Virus record (IMG/VR): IMGVR_UViG_3300032805_000003
Location: 1-64,000 of that record
Direction: 5' to 3' (one strand)
Source of the DNA: a virus
Length of the DNA: 64,000 bases
Shown here one piece after another: positions 56,068 to 64,000 of the stretch; the stretch's first letter is position 1, and each line of letters begins with the position of its first letter. The notes beneath the pieces are model-generated. The model saw only the letters and a list, made by a program, of their open reading frames with translations. It was not told where the DNA came from and ran no database searches. The translations under genes were made by a program, and so were the position numbers.

Positions 56068-56325
56068 ATGGCACTGCTCGACGAACTTCTGCCCGCGCTG
56101 CGGGACCTGGCCTCCGGCGGTGACGCCCAGCTGGTCGCTGACGTCCAGCAACTGGAAGGAATCGTCAGCCGTCGCGCTGCTTCAGCTGCGGCGGCCGTCG
56201 ACCAGGCGGAGACGGAGGCGAAAAGCTGGCTGGCGGACCGTCTCAAGGGCGTGCTGCCTGCCCCGTCCGCTGCGGTGAGCGAGCCGGCGCCGGAGTCGCC
56301 TGACCAGGTGACGGAGACCAGCTAA
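56068..56325 (+). CDS. Hypothetical protein
   Basis: AGGAG RBS. Confidence 0.65.
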   Translation: MALLDELLPALRDLASGGDAQLVADVQQLEGIVSRRAASAAAAVDQAETEAKSWLADRLKGVLPAPSAAVSEPAPESPDQVTETS

Positions 56326-56337
56326 GGCGGTCGCTGT

Positions 56338-56769
56338 ATGGGCCGCGGCCCGATACCGGGCCGGCGCACCGTACCCGAGCCGGCTACCCGGCGTCGTGTT
56401 TCACCGGACAGCCGGCGTCCGGTCACCGGGATGCGCGGCGGGTGGGAACGCTTGAGCGAATGCGTCCAGCGCGCCCTGGATCCCGAGTTGTTTTTCCCCG
56501 GCGTCGGTGAAGAGATCGACCCGGGCGTGTTCGCCGCCTGCTCGGCGTGCCAGGTCCGGCAGCAGTGTCTTCGCCGCAGTCTGGCGGTCGACCAGGTGAG
56601 CCTGGCGCAAACCGGTTACCGGTTCGGGATCTGGGGCGGGCTGACACCCCGGCAACGGACGAACCTGATCGCCGGCCGGACTGTCCGGACCAGCATCCCG
56701 ACCGGTGAACGGAACCGGTACAAGAAACGCACCGTCGCCGGGGCTGCGCTTAAGGCGGTGAACAGCTAG
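56338..56769 (+). CDS. whiB: WhiB-family protein (second, divergent)
   Basis: C...DPELFFP...ACSACQVRQQCL...FGIWGGLTPRQR. Confidence 0.82.
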   Translation: MGRGPIPGRRTVPEPATRRRVSPDSRRPVTGMRGGWERLSECVQRALDPELFFPGVGEEIDPGVFAACSACQVRQQCLRRSLAVDQVSLAQTGYRFGIWGGLTPRQRTNLIAGRTVRTSIPTGERNRYKKRTVAGAALKAVNS

Positions 56770-56786
56770 AAGCCGGAGGGTTCGGG

Positions 56787-57281
56787 GTGGCCGACCGGCC
56801 TGTGGTAAGCGGAGGACCCGGTCGCAACCCGGGCGCAGCGGGTTTGACAGCAGACGGCCGTGTGGTCCCGCCTCCCGCCATCGACCCGGACGCCTGGCTA
56901 GATGACACTCCGCTGGAGCTGGTGTTCGCCGCCGGGGCCTGGCCGCGACGTCAGGCACGCGCCAGCCGGCGCCAGCTGCTGGAGACGCTAGCCAGCCATG
57001 GTGTGACCGAGCAGGATTACCAGCTGGTCGAACACGCCCGCGAGCTGGTTCAGGAAGTGAACCAGCGGCTGGCCAGACGCGGATCCGCGCTGGTGTACGC
57101 GGTCACGTTGCAGGTGTCACCGGAGCCGGTTCATCCGCCGCAGCGACTGGAAGAACGACCGGGTGACGTTCCGGCGGACCAGCCGGCGACTCAATGCGCC
57201 GTGACCGCGTTCAGCAGCCGAAACGTCGCCCATCGTCCGCTGAGTGAAGTACAAGCCGCGCCGGATCTGGTCCCAGGTTGA
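56787..57281 (+). CDS. Hypothetical protein
   Basis: GGAGG RBS; 3' third overlaps antisense small gene. Confidence 0.45.
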   Translation: MADRPVVSGGPGRNPGAAGLTADGRVVPPPAIDPDAWLDDTPLELVFAAGAWPRRQARASRRQLLETLASHGVTEQDYQLVEHARELVQEVNQRLARRGSALVYAVTLQVSPEPVHPPQRLEERPGDVPADQPATQCAVTAFSSRNVAHRPLSEVQAAPDLVPG

Positions 57282-57290
57282 ACGAGCCAT
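57117..57290 (-). CDS. 57-aa basic protein (absent from ORF track)
   Basis: MARSTWDQIRRGLYFTQRTMGDVSAAERGHGALSRRLVRRNVTRSFFQSLRRMNRLR; GGAGGTGAGG RBS; operator at 57310-57323. Confidence 0.6.
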   Translation of the reverse strand: MARSTWDQIRRGLYFTQRTMGDVSAAERGHGALSRRLVRRNVTRSFFQSLRRMNRLR

Positions 57291-57351
57291 CGCACCTCAC
57301 CTCCCTCATGTAGACAAACCTACACCTGGCCGGCGACACCCGGGGGCGATC

Positions 57352-58332
57352 GTGACTGATCTCGCCGAGCAAGCCCGGCTGGCGTACGCGGCCGGGTGGG
57401 CGCTGTCCGGCGGGCCGATGACTGCGCGTGTTCAGGCTGGCGGTGCCGCCGTCGTCGCCGCCAGCCTGAACACCCGCGATCCGGTGATCCTGGAAGTCGC
57501 GCTCCAGATCGGCAAGCTGGAAGGCACCTGGGCAACCTACTTCCAGCGGCGGGAACGGCTGATCGCCGCCCAGACCGCCCTGGTGCTGAAGACCTGGCAC
57601 CAGATCACCGCCAGCTTGCACCCCCGGCAGACGATCCGGCGGGTCAGCGCCGAACTCGGGCCCAAGCCGGATCCGGTGCAAGCCCGCGAGATCGCCGCAG
57701 TCGCCGCCGCCGGCTTGCTGTCCGGCGTGTACGCCCACGACTCGCATCACCAGCTGCAGCAGATAGTGCAGGACGCGCTGAGGGCTGCGGCAGCTGAAGG
57801 CCAGGCCGGGTCGCTGGCGATCGCCGCCGACCGTCTTGGCCGGGCGTTCAGTTTCACCAGAACGTTCCGGATCTTGTACGGCCAGCTCGGGACGCTGCCC
57901 GAGTTGCCGTTGCTAGCCCAGCAATGGATCCAGCGGATGATCGCCGGGGCTGCATCCTCCACCGGGTCGCTGATCGCCCGCATGATCACCGCCGGCAGCA
58001 CCGAAACCGAAGTCGAGGCTGCGGTCACCAGCGCGCTCGGCACCGGCCTGGACGCAGCCGCCGGGCGGGCGGTGAAACTGTTCCTGGATCAGGCGATGAC
58101 CCAGGCCATGTCTCAGGCGTCGATCCAGCTGTATCAGGCTGAAGGCGTCAGCCAGGTGTACTTCCTGACCGCCGGCGACGCCGCCGTCTGCGTCATGTGC
58201 CAGGAGGCGGCAGACGGGAACCCGTACACCACCCAAGACGTCCCGACTCCCGGGCTGCATCCGGACTGCCGGTGCACCGTCACTCCAGCAGACCCGGAGC
58301 CGTATCAGGCGCTCGCCGCCTACCTGCCCTAG
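57352..58332 (+). CDS. MuF/gp7-like minor head protein
   Basis: TAGD..VC..C...NPY.....P.LHPDCRC. Confidence 0.8.
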   Translation: MTDLAEQARLAYAAGWALSGGPMTARVQAGGAAVVAASLNTRDPVILEVALQIGKLEGTWATYFQRRERLIAAQTALVLKTWHQITASLHPRQTIRRVSAELGPKPDPVQAREIAAVAAAGLLSGVYAHDSHHQLQQIVQDALRAAAAEGQAGSLAIAADRLGRAFSFTRTFRILYGQLGTLPELPLLAQQWIQRMIAGAASSTGSLIARMITAGSTETEVEAAVTSALGTGLDAAAGRAVKLFLDQAMTQAMSQASIQLYQAEGVSQVYFLTAGDAAVCVMCQEAADGNPYTTQDVPTPGLHPDCRCTVTPADPEPYQALAAYLP

Positions 58333-58345
58333 AAGGAGGCCTCGG

Positions 58346-58786
58346 ATGGCTGACGATCCGGTACGGCTTATCTGGTCGCTCGCCGGCTCAGGCGAAGGCG
58401 TGACGCTGACCGCCAGCGGCAACTCGGGCAGCTGGTCATCCAGCAACCCGAACGCCAAAAGCCCGGTCGACTTGCGCTGGGTCGACGACGTCTGGATGTC
58501 CGTCAGCGTCGCCGGCGCGTCCGGCACCACCCCGACGCTGAAAGTCAACCTGAACGCTTTCGACGACCAGGGCAACCTGTTCGGCGGCGGCGCCAGCCCG
58601 CTGCTGGTCGCCCCCGCATCCGGGTCGATCACCGGCGCCGGGCAGACCGTCGTGTTCGGTGGCCGGCACGGCGGATCCGGCGGCTCGTACTTCGTGCTGC
58701 CGGAATGGGGTCAGGTGTCCTGGACGCTCGGCGGCACCAGCCCGTCGTTCACCGGCGTCGAAATCGCGCTCTACGGCCGCGGCTGA
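58346..58786 (+). CDS. Putative virion structural protein
   Basis: Beta-rich G/S/T composition; SGTTPTL...SWTLGGTSPSFT. Confidence 0.65.
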   Translation: MADDPVRLIWSLAGSGEGVTLTASGNSGSWSSSNPNAKSPVDLRWVDDVWMSVSVAGASGTTPTLKVNLNAFDDQGNLFGGGASPLLVAPASGSITGAGQTVVFGGRHGGSGGSYFVLPEWGQVSWTLGGTSPSFTGVEIALYGRG

Positions 58787-58840
58787 ACCCCCGGCACACC
58801 TGCCAACCGATCAACACCTCGAGCCCAGGAGGACTCAGCC

Positions 58841-59164
58841 ATGGCGAAGAACCAGATCCTGACCGAGTACGACGACAACGGTTTCCCGGCGCAGGCGTGG
58901 GAGACCTTCCCGGTCACCCTCGGCGGCCTCCAGACCGTGAAAGCGGGCCCGGGCCGGCTGGTGAAAGTCACCGTCACCACGGCGACCGCGTCAGCGGCGG
59001 CGACGATCTACGACAACGCTTCCGCCGGCTCCGGCACCGAGTTGCTGGTGATCCCGGCCGCCGCGCCGGCGGGGACGGTGTACGACGTCCAGCTGCCGGC
59101 GGCGAACGGGATCACCGTGTCGTCGTCAGGAGCGACCGGCGGCATCACCGTCGGCTACAGCTGA
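58841..59164 (+). CDS. Putative capsid decoration protein A
   Basis: VKAGPGRL..V.VTT...IYDNASAGSGT...PAANGIT. Confidence 0.7.
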   Translation: MAKNQILTEYDDNGFPAQAWETFPVTLGGLQTVKAGPGRLVKVTVTTATASAAATIYDNASAGSGTELLVIPAAAPAGTVYDVQLPAANGITVSSSGATGGITVGYS

Positions 59165-59219
59165 CCGGCGCCCGCGTCTTTTCAGCCACATCGGGATCTA
59201 GGGAAGAGACGGTCAAGCC

Positions 59220-59549
59220 ATGGCCAAGAACGGGCTGTTCACCAACTACGACAACAACGGCTTCCCGGTGCAGGCGTCGTACACCGAGCCGGTTGCCGCC
59301 GGCGCCGGGACGACGACGATCAAAGCCGCAGCCGGCCGGCTGTGCCGGGTCGTCGTCACCACCGCCGGGACCTCCTCCGACAACCTGACGTTGTACGACA
59401 ACGCGTCAGCCGGGTCAGGCACCGTCCTGGCGGTGATCCCGGGCGGCGGGACAGTCGGCACCGTGTACGCGCTGGATCTGCCGGCGGCGAACGGGATCAC
59501 CGCGGTGAACGTCGCCTCCGGTCCGGCGGTCACAGTCGGCTACAGCTGA
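59220..59549 (+). CDS. Putative capsid decoration protein B (paralog)
   Basis: IKAAAGRL..V.VTT...LYDNASAGSGT...PAANGIT. Confidence 0.7.
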   Translation: MAKNGLFTNYDNNGFPVQASYTEPVAAGAGTTTIKAAAGRLCRVVVTTAGTSSDNLTLYDNASAGSGTVLAVIPGGGTVGTVYALDLPAANGITAVNVASGPAVTVGYS

Positions 59550-59552
59550 CCA

Positions 59553-59792
59553 GTGCCCAGTCCGGCACAGCAGGCGAAAGCCGCAGCTGAACGAACCCGG
59601 TTCACCGCCATGCTGCTGGAGGTTCTGGCTGACCCGGAGATCCGGCGTCAAGTGCAGGCGGCGCTGCGGCACACCAGCGCCGATTCTGGCCAGCGGCCGG
59701 GCCGGCGACGCGAATACGCGACGACGACGGCTAAAGCCCGCGAGTTGAAGACAGCACGGCTAGCAAGCCGGGGAGGCGTGCGGAATGGCTAA
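59553..59792 (+). CDS. Hypothetical protein
   Basis: Overlaps next start. Confidence 0.5.
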   Translation: MPSPAQQAKAAAERTRFTAMLLEVLADPEIRRQVQAALRHTSADSGQRPGRRREYATTTAKARELKTARLASRGGVRNG

Positions 59793-61659
59793 AGTGCTCG
59801 CCACGATCGGCGGGGTCGCGATCGCTCCCGGGGTGTCGAAGAACCGGCGCTGGTACAAGCCCGAGCACGTCGCCAGCGCTGTCGCCCGCGCCCGGGAACG
59901 GCTGGAAGCCGGCGACCAGCCGATGGTGATGCTGACTCACCATGACGCCGGCGACGACTCGCAGCTGATCGCCGCCCGGATGACCGGCATGTCGCTGGAC
60001 GAGCACGGGCGAGCCCGGTTCACCGCCGACCTGGCTGACACTCCGGCTGCCCGGAACATCGCCAGCCTGGCTGACACCAGTGACGGCCAGCCCGCGCACC
60101 TGAAAGGCGTGTCGATCCGCGGCCGGTGGCTCGGGAAAGTCCGGAAAGTCCAGGGCCCGGACGGTGACCCGGTCGAAACCGGCGACGACCTCGAGATCGA
60201 CGGCCTGGACTTCACCCGCAAACCCGGTGTCGACGACGCCGGGATCGACACCTTCAGCTGGGCGGCCTCCGGGGCGCGTGAAACAACCGAGCGAGTGCTG
60301 ATCACCGAATCCGTGGAGGCAGAAGTGACGATCACCGAAGACGCCACGGCGCCGGATCCGGGGGTGTTGTCGACGGCGTACCCGGATCTGGCCGGCGACC
60401 AGCTGCACGTCTTCGAGAACGGGCTGTGCGTGACGTGCCCGCCGGTCACCGAGGCGAAAGACCCGAAGAAGCCGTACGGCGACGTCGCCTACGCCGACCC
60501 GGGCTACCAGAAAGACGGCAAGAAGCGTTACCCGCTGGACAACGAGAAGCACATCCGGAGCGCCTGGGGGTACATCAACCAGGCCGGCAACGCCGCCTTG
60601 TACACCGCCGCCCAGCTGAAGCGAGTCAAGGGCCGGATCAAGGCGGCGATGAAGCGCATCGGCGCGAAAGTCGCCAGCGAATCCGAGCAGGCCCCCGGCT
60701 GGTTGTTCTTCCCGCCCCGCCAGCTGGCTGAATCCGCCAGCGTGACCGAGTACTACGGTGACGGGTCTCGCGCCGGGTCCTGGTCGATCTCAGCCAGTAA
60801 CGGTCCGGTGAACTTGTGCCTGAGCTCGTACAGCATGGACCCGGCTGACCTGGACGTCATCCTCCGCGCCGCCGCCGACGCTGCGTGCAAAGCTCTCGCC
60901 GCGCTGGATCCGGATATGGACGGCGACGTCGACGTCCCGGGCGCCGGCCAGGACAGCGACCCGGACGACGACGCTCCCGCGATCCCGCCGCTGACGCTCA
61001 CCGGCGACGAACACGAACCCGACGACCCGGCCGGCCCGGCCGAGTCGGCTCAACCGGCACCGGACCCGGCCGCCGGCACCACCGAGAATCAGGAGGACTC
61101 CGTCATGCCGGAGAACACCATGGCCGAGACCGCTACGGCCGCGCCCGCAGCAGGGTTGTCCCAGGCCGACGTCACCGCGGCGGTCCAGTCCGCGCTGGAC
61201 GCCGAGCGCGCCGCCCGCAAGGCGAAGAAGAAGAGCAAGAAGGCTGCCGCGGAGGCGGCGGCCGCCGAGACCGCCCGGATCGAGAAGATCGTCGCCGAGC
61301 GGATGGCGGCCGAGCGCGCCGCCCTCGGCGAAACCGCCGCCGGCGACAGCCAGCCGGCTGCCGGGGTGGCCGAGACTGACGAGCAGCGGGTCGCCCGCCT
61401 CGTCGAAGCGCGGGTGACGGAGGAACGGCAGAAGCTGGTCGCCAGCGGTCAGGTCGACGTCGGCCGCAAGGGCGTGGTCCGGCCGGTGAACGAGACCGTC
61501 GCCGGCGCCGGCGCCGGCGGCGAGATGAACAGCCACGGCATGCCGGCGGACTGGCCGGACAAGCCGTTGCACCAGTACACCCCGGACGAGCGCGACCGGT
61601 TCTTCGGGCCGGTGCTGACCCGCCACGTCCTCGGCCAGCGCGCCGACTTGCTCTCCTGA
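59785..61659 (+). CDS. Prohead protease / DUF6582-like / scaffold polyprotein
   Basis: PGVSKNRRWY, GVSIRG, GLDFTRKPGV; KPYGDVAYADPGYQKDGKKRYPLD...IRSAWGYINQ; Ala/Glu-rich coiled-coil tail. Confidence 0.8.
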   Translation: MAKVLATIGGVAIAPGVSKNRRWYKPEHVASAVARARERLEAGDQPMVMLTHHDAGDDSQLIAARMTGMSLDEHGRARFTADLADTPAARNIASLADTSDGQPAHLKGVSIRGRWLGKVRKVQGPDGDPVETGDDLEIDGLDFTRKPGVDDAGIDTFSWAASGARETTERVLITESVEAEVTITEDATAPDPGVLSTAYPDLAGDQLHVFENGLCVTCPPVTEAKDPKKPYGDVAYADPGYQKDGKKRYPLDNEKHIRSAWGYINQAGNAALYTAAQLKRVKGRIKAAMKRIGAKVASESEQAPGWLFFPPRQLAESASVTEYYGDGSRAGSWSISASNGPVNLCLSSYSMDPADLDVILRAAADAACKALAALDPDMDGDVDVPGAGQDSDPDDDAPAIPPLTLTGDEHEPDDPAGPAESAQPAPDPAAGTTENQEDSVMPENTMAETATAAPAAGLSQADVTAAVQSALDAERAARKAKKKSKKAAAEAAAAETARIEKIVAERMAAERAALGETAAGDSQPAAGVAETDEQRVARLVEARVTEERQKLVASGQVDVGRKGVVRPVNETVAGAGAGGEMNSHGMPADWPDKPLHQYTPDERDRFFGPVLTRHVLGQRADLLS

Positions 61660-61672
61660 GCAACCCCTGACG

Positions 61673-61707
61673 GCCGTCCGGGCAGAGAGCGGGGCTGCCC
61701 GGACGGC
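61673..61707 (+). terminator. Hairpin between scaffold and capsid genes
   Basis: GCCGTCCGGGCAG / CTGCCCGGACGGC. Confidence 0.5.
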
Positions 61708-61849
61708 GCACCATCACTCCGTGTTTGATCATCCTGACCGCCAGCCAGCCGGCTGGTGTCTAGAGCGGCAACGGTCACCCAGCCCTGCAACCCCCGGACG
61801 CACCACCGCGCCGGGGGTTTCGTCTTCCCGACCGAAGGGAGGGGCGGCC

Positions 61850-63226
61850 ATGCCGTCCGAGCTCCGTGAGGCGCTCACCGCAGCCGGTGCCAGCGCACTC
61901 ATCCCGAAGATCATCGACCCGATCCTGCTGGAGTACCAGCGGCGCTACAGCCCGCTGGTGCGTTCGATCCCGATGCAGCAGTGGGCCGCGGACGTGTACT
62001 ACTTCAACCAGCGCACTTCGGTGGCAGCTGGCGGGTTCGTGCCCGATGGCGGCGCCAAGCCGGTGTCCAACTCGGTGTACGTCCAGCTCAGCTACCAGAT
62101 GAAGCACGTCGAGACCGTGGGTGCGGTCACCGGCTACGCGCAGGAAGTCACCCGGCAGGTCATCGGTGACCTGCGGCAGACAGAAATCCAGGGCTCGATC
62201 CGGGGCTACTACTGGGACATCGAGACCGGCATCCTGTGGGGCAACTCGGCGTCGACGCTGAACCAGGCCCAGCCCCAGTTCGACGGCCTGGACTCGCTGG
62301 TCAACGTCTACAGCGGGTCGTACCAGAACGCGCTGGACAAGGCCGGCAACACTCTCACGCTGGCGATGCTGGACGAGCTCATCGACATGGTCGAGTCGAA
62401 CGCGGCGATGCCGGTGTTCGACGACACCTGGATGCTGCTCATGTCCAACACCGCGTCGTCGAAGATCGCCCAGCTGCTGGTGAACCAGCAGCGGTTCAAC
62501 GACACCGTGGAAGTCGCCGCCGGCCTGATCGTTCCGACGTACCGGAACATCCCGCTGATCAAGTCCAGCTTCCTGTCGACCCGGTCTTACTCGATGGGGA
62601 CGGTGACGCCCAGTACCACCACCTACGCTGGCGCGACGCTGAACGCCACCTACAAGTACGTGATCTCGCCGGTGATCGCCCGTCAGGGCGAGATCCTGCC
62701 GTGCGCGGAGGTGTCGCAGGCGGTGACCACCGGCAACGCGGTCACGCTGACGTTCACTCCGCCGACCGGGCTGGATGGCTTGTCGCCGCAGCTGTACAAG
62801 GTGTACCGGACGGCAGCCGGCGGCGCGAGCGGGTCCGAGACGTTCCTCGGCTATGTCGACGCGACGGTCGGGCTCGCCAGCGACGGGGTCACCCCGGTGG
62901 TCACGAACCAGATCCAGGACACCGGCTCGTTCCTGGTGCCGGTCCAGACCACCGGCTCGGTCGTGCCGGCGACGTTGCCGACTACCTACTACGGCACGAA
63001 CACCGGCATGTTCCCGCCGGCGGCGGGCAACGAGAACCTGTACCTGATCAGCCGGGACAGGAACAACGTGGTCCGGCCGTACATCAGGGAAGCGCAGCCG
63101 CTGGACGTCTACCCGACGACCGCCAGCCCGGACACGCTTCCGTACGCCGTGATCGGTGACACCGCGCTGGCGGTGCGCGCCACCCGGTACACCGGCCGGC
63201 TCAGCAGGGTCAACGTCAGCGTCTGA
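61850..63226 (+). CDS. Major capsid protein
   Basis: GGAGG RBS; ALIPKIIDPILLE, ILWGNS...QFDGL, LTLAMLDELID, YRNIPLI; follows scaffold. Confidence 0.85.
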   Translation: MPSELREALTAAGASALIPKIIDPILLEYQRRYSPLVRSIPMQQWAADVYYFNQRTSVAAGGFVPDGGAKPVSNSVYVQLSYQMKHVETVGAVTGYAQEVTRQVIGDLRQTEIQGSIRGYYWDIETGILWGNSASTLNQAQPQFDGLDSLVNVYSGSYQNALDKAGNTLTLAMLDELIDMVESNAAMPVFDDTWMLLMSNTASSKIAQLLVNQQRFNDTVEVAAGLIVPTYRNIPLIKSSFLSTRSYSMGTVTPSTTTYAGATLNATYKYVISPVIARQGEILPCAEVSQAVTTGNAVTLTFTPPTGLDGLSPQLYKVYRTAAGGASGSETFLGYVDATVGLASDGVTPVVTNQIQDTGSFLVPVQTTGSVVPATLPTTYYGTNTGMFPPAAGNENLYLISRDRNNVVRPYIREAQPLDVYPTTASPDTLPYAVIGDTALAVRATRYTGRLSRVNVSV

Positions 63227-63345
63227 CCCGTGTGATGTGCGCCGGCGCCCAGGCTGAATCCAGGTCGGCCGGGCGCCGGCGCACTCCCCAGGCCTTCCCC
63301 CCGGGGGGCCTCGAGACAACCCGCAACATACCGGAAGGCGCCAGC

Positions 63346-63672
63346 ATGCTGCTCAGGAAAGAGCACGGCGGGTCGGTGATCGGCTCGTATTCGTGGGCGA
63401 AAGACGGTGACGTGACCGACGTGCCGGATGATCTGGCAGCTGAATTGCTGGCGATCCCCGGCAATGACTTCAGCGTCGCTGAAGCGCCCAGGCCGCGTCC
63501 CCGGGTAACCCCGGCGCCGGCGCCGGCTACACCGCCAGCGGACGCTCCAGCCCCGTCCCCGCCAGCGGCCGCGGCCGCAACACCAGCGGAAAGCCCGGCT
63601 CCGGCCGCGGCTGACGCCGCACCGCAGCCCGCCGCCGGCGCCCAGGAGGCGGAAGCCGCCGCCAGCGCGTGA
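63346..63672 (+). CDS. Small head-associated protein with Pro/Ala tail
   Basis: W.KDGDV.DVPDDLAAELLAIPG; follows capsid gene. Confidence 0.6.
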   Translation: MLLRKEHGGSVIGSYSWAKDGDVTDVPDDLAAELLAIPGNDFSVAEAPRPRPRVTPAPAPATPPADAPAPSPPAAAAATPAESPAPAAADAAPQPAAGAQEAEAAASA

Positions 63673-63711
63673 AGCTGTTAACCGCACGCTTATCGACCGG
63701 GAGACGGTGAC

Positions 63712-64000
63712 ATGGCTGACACTCCAGTGCCGTTGTGCACCGCCGCCCAGTTCACCGAAGGCCCGTACGGAGATCTGGTCGCCAAGTATTCGCCGCAGGC
63801 GCTGTCTGACGTGCTGGTTGAAGCGACCCGGATGTGCGAGTCGGAAACCGGCCGCCGGTTCGCTCCGTTCACTACCACTGAAACGCACCGGGCCAGCGGG
63901 ATCGACCCGGACGAATACTCGGACAGCGCGAACTTGCCGATGGACATCCGGTCAGTCCTCGGCGCGTCGTACGCGGCAGCGCTCGGCGCGTCGTCGCTGG
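63712..64000 (+). CDS. Putative head-tail connector (3' partial)
   Basis: GGAG RBS; L..ATRMCESETGRRF; position after capsid. Confidence 0.55.
   Translation, partial: MADTPVPLCTAAQFTEGPYGDLVAKYSPQALSDVLVEATRMCESETGRRFAPFTTTETHRASGIDPDEYSDSANLPMDIRSVLGASYAAALGASSL

Noticed and set aside
61775-63319. 514-aa - strand ORF
   Set aside because: Antisense shadow of the major capsid gene
1-64000. DGR, retron, reverse transcriptase or IS transposase
   Set aside because: No RT (YxDD-context) or DDE transposase ORF and no TR/VR pair recognised by eye

Overview
The whole window is part of a high-GC temperate actinobacteriophage genome in its non-integrated configuration: a tRNA-Thr(TGT) 3'-half attP-like core at ~10127-10175 has phage genes on both sides. 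Gene order: lysis region (VIT1-like transporter, KcsA-type K+ channel, DUF1906 endolysin fused to a holin-like tail); excisionase/tyrosine integrase/attP; a long leftward early region (DUF2786, MarR, DUF397, SLOG, NADAR, N6-MTase-like, two ParB, GIY-YIG, ArdC-like, QueF-like + TGT/DpdA-like, DUF1643, DnaN clamp, initiator with iterons, HNH, DnaQ-like exonuclease, UvrD, ERF); cro/cI-like switch; then terminase, portal, MuF, protease/scaffold and major capsid. Tail genes lie outside the window. Most notable is a Streptomyces-type conjugative dsDNA-transfer module between the immunity switch and the packaging genes (GntR/KorSA-like repressor with operators, WhiB, membrane proteins, FtsK-like TraB, a clt-like 8-bp repeat array, DUF2637 Spd-like protein), suggesting a phage that may also spread by hyphal conjugation. 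All family calls are by motif recognition by eye; no database searches were run.
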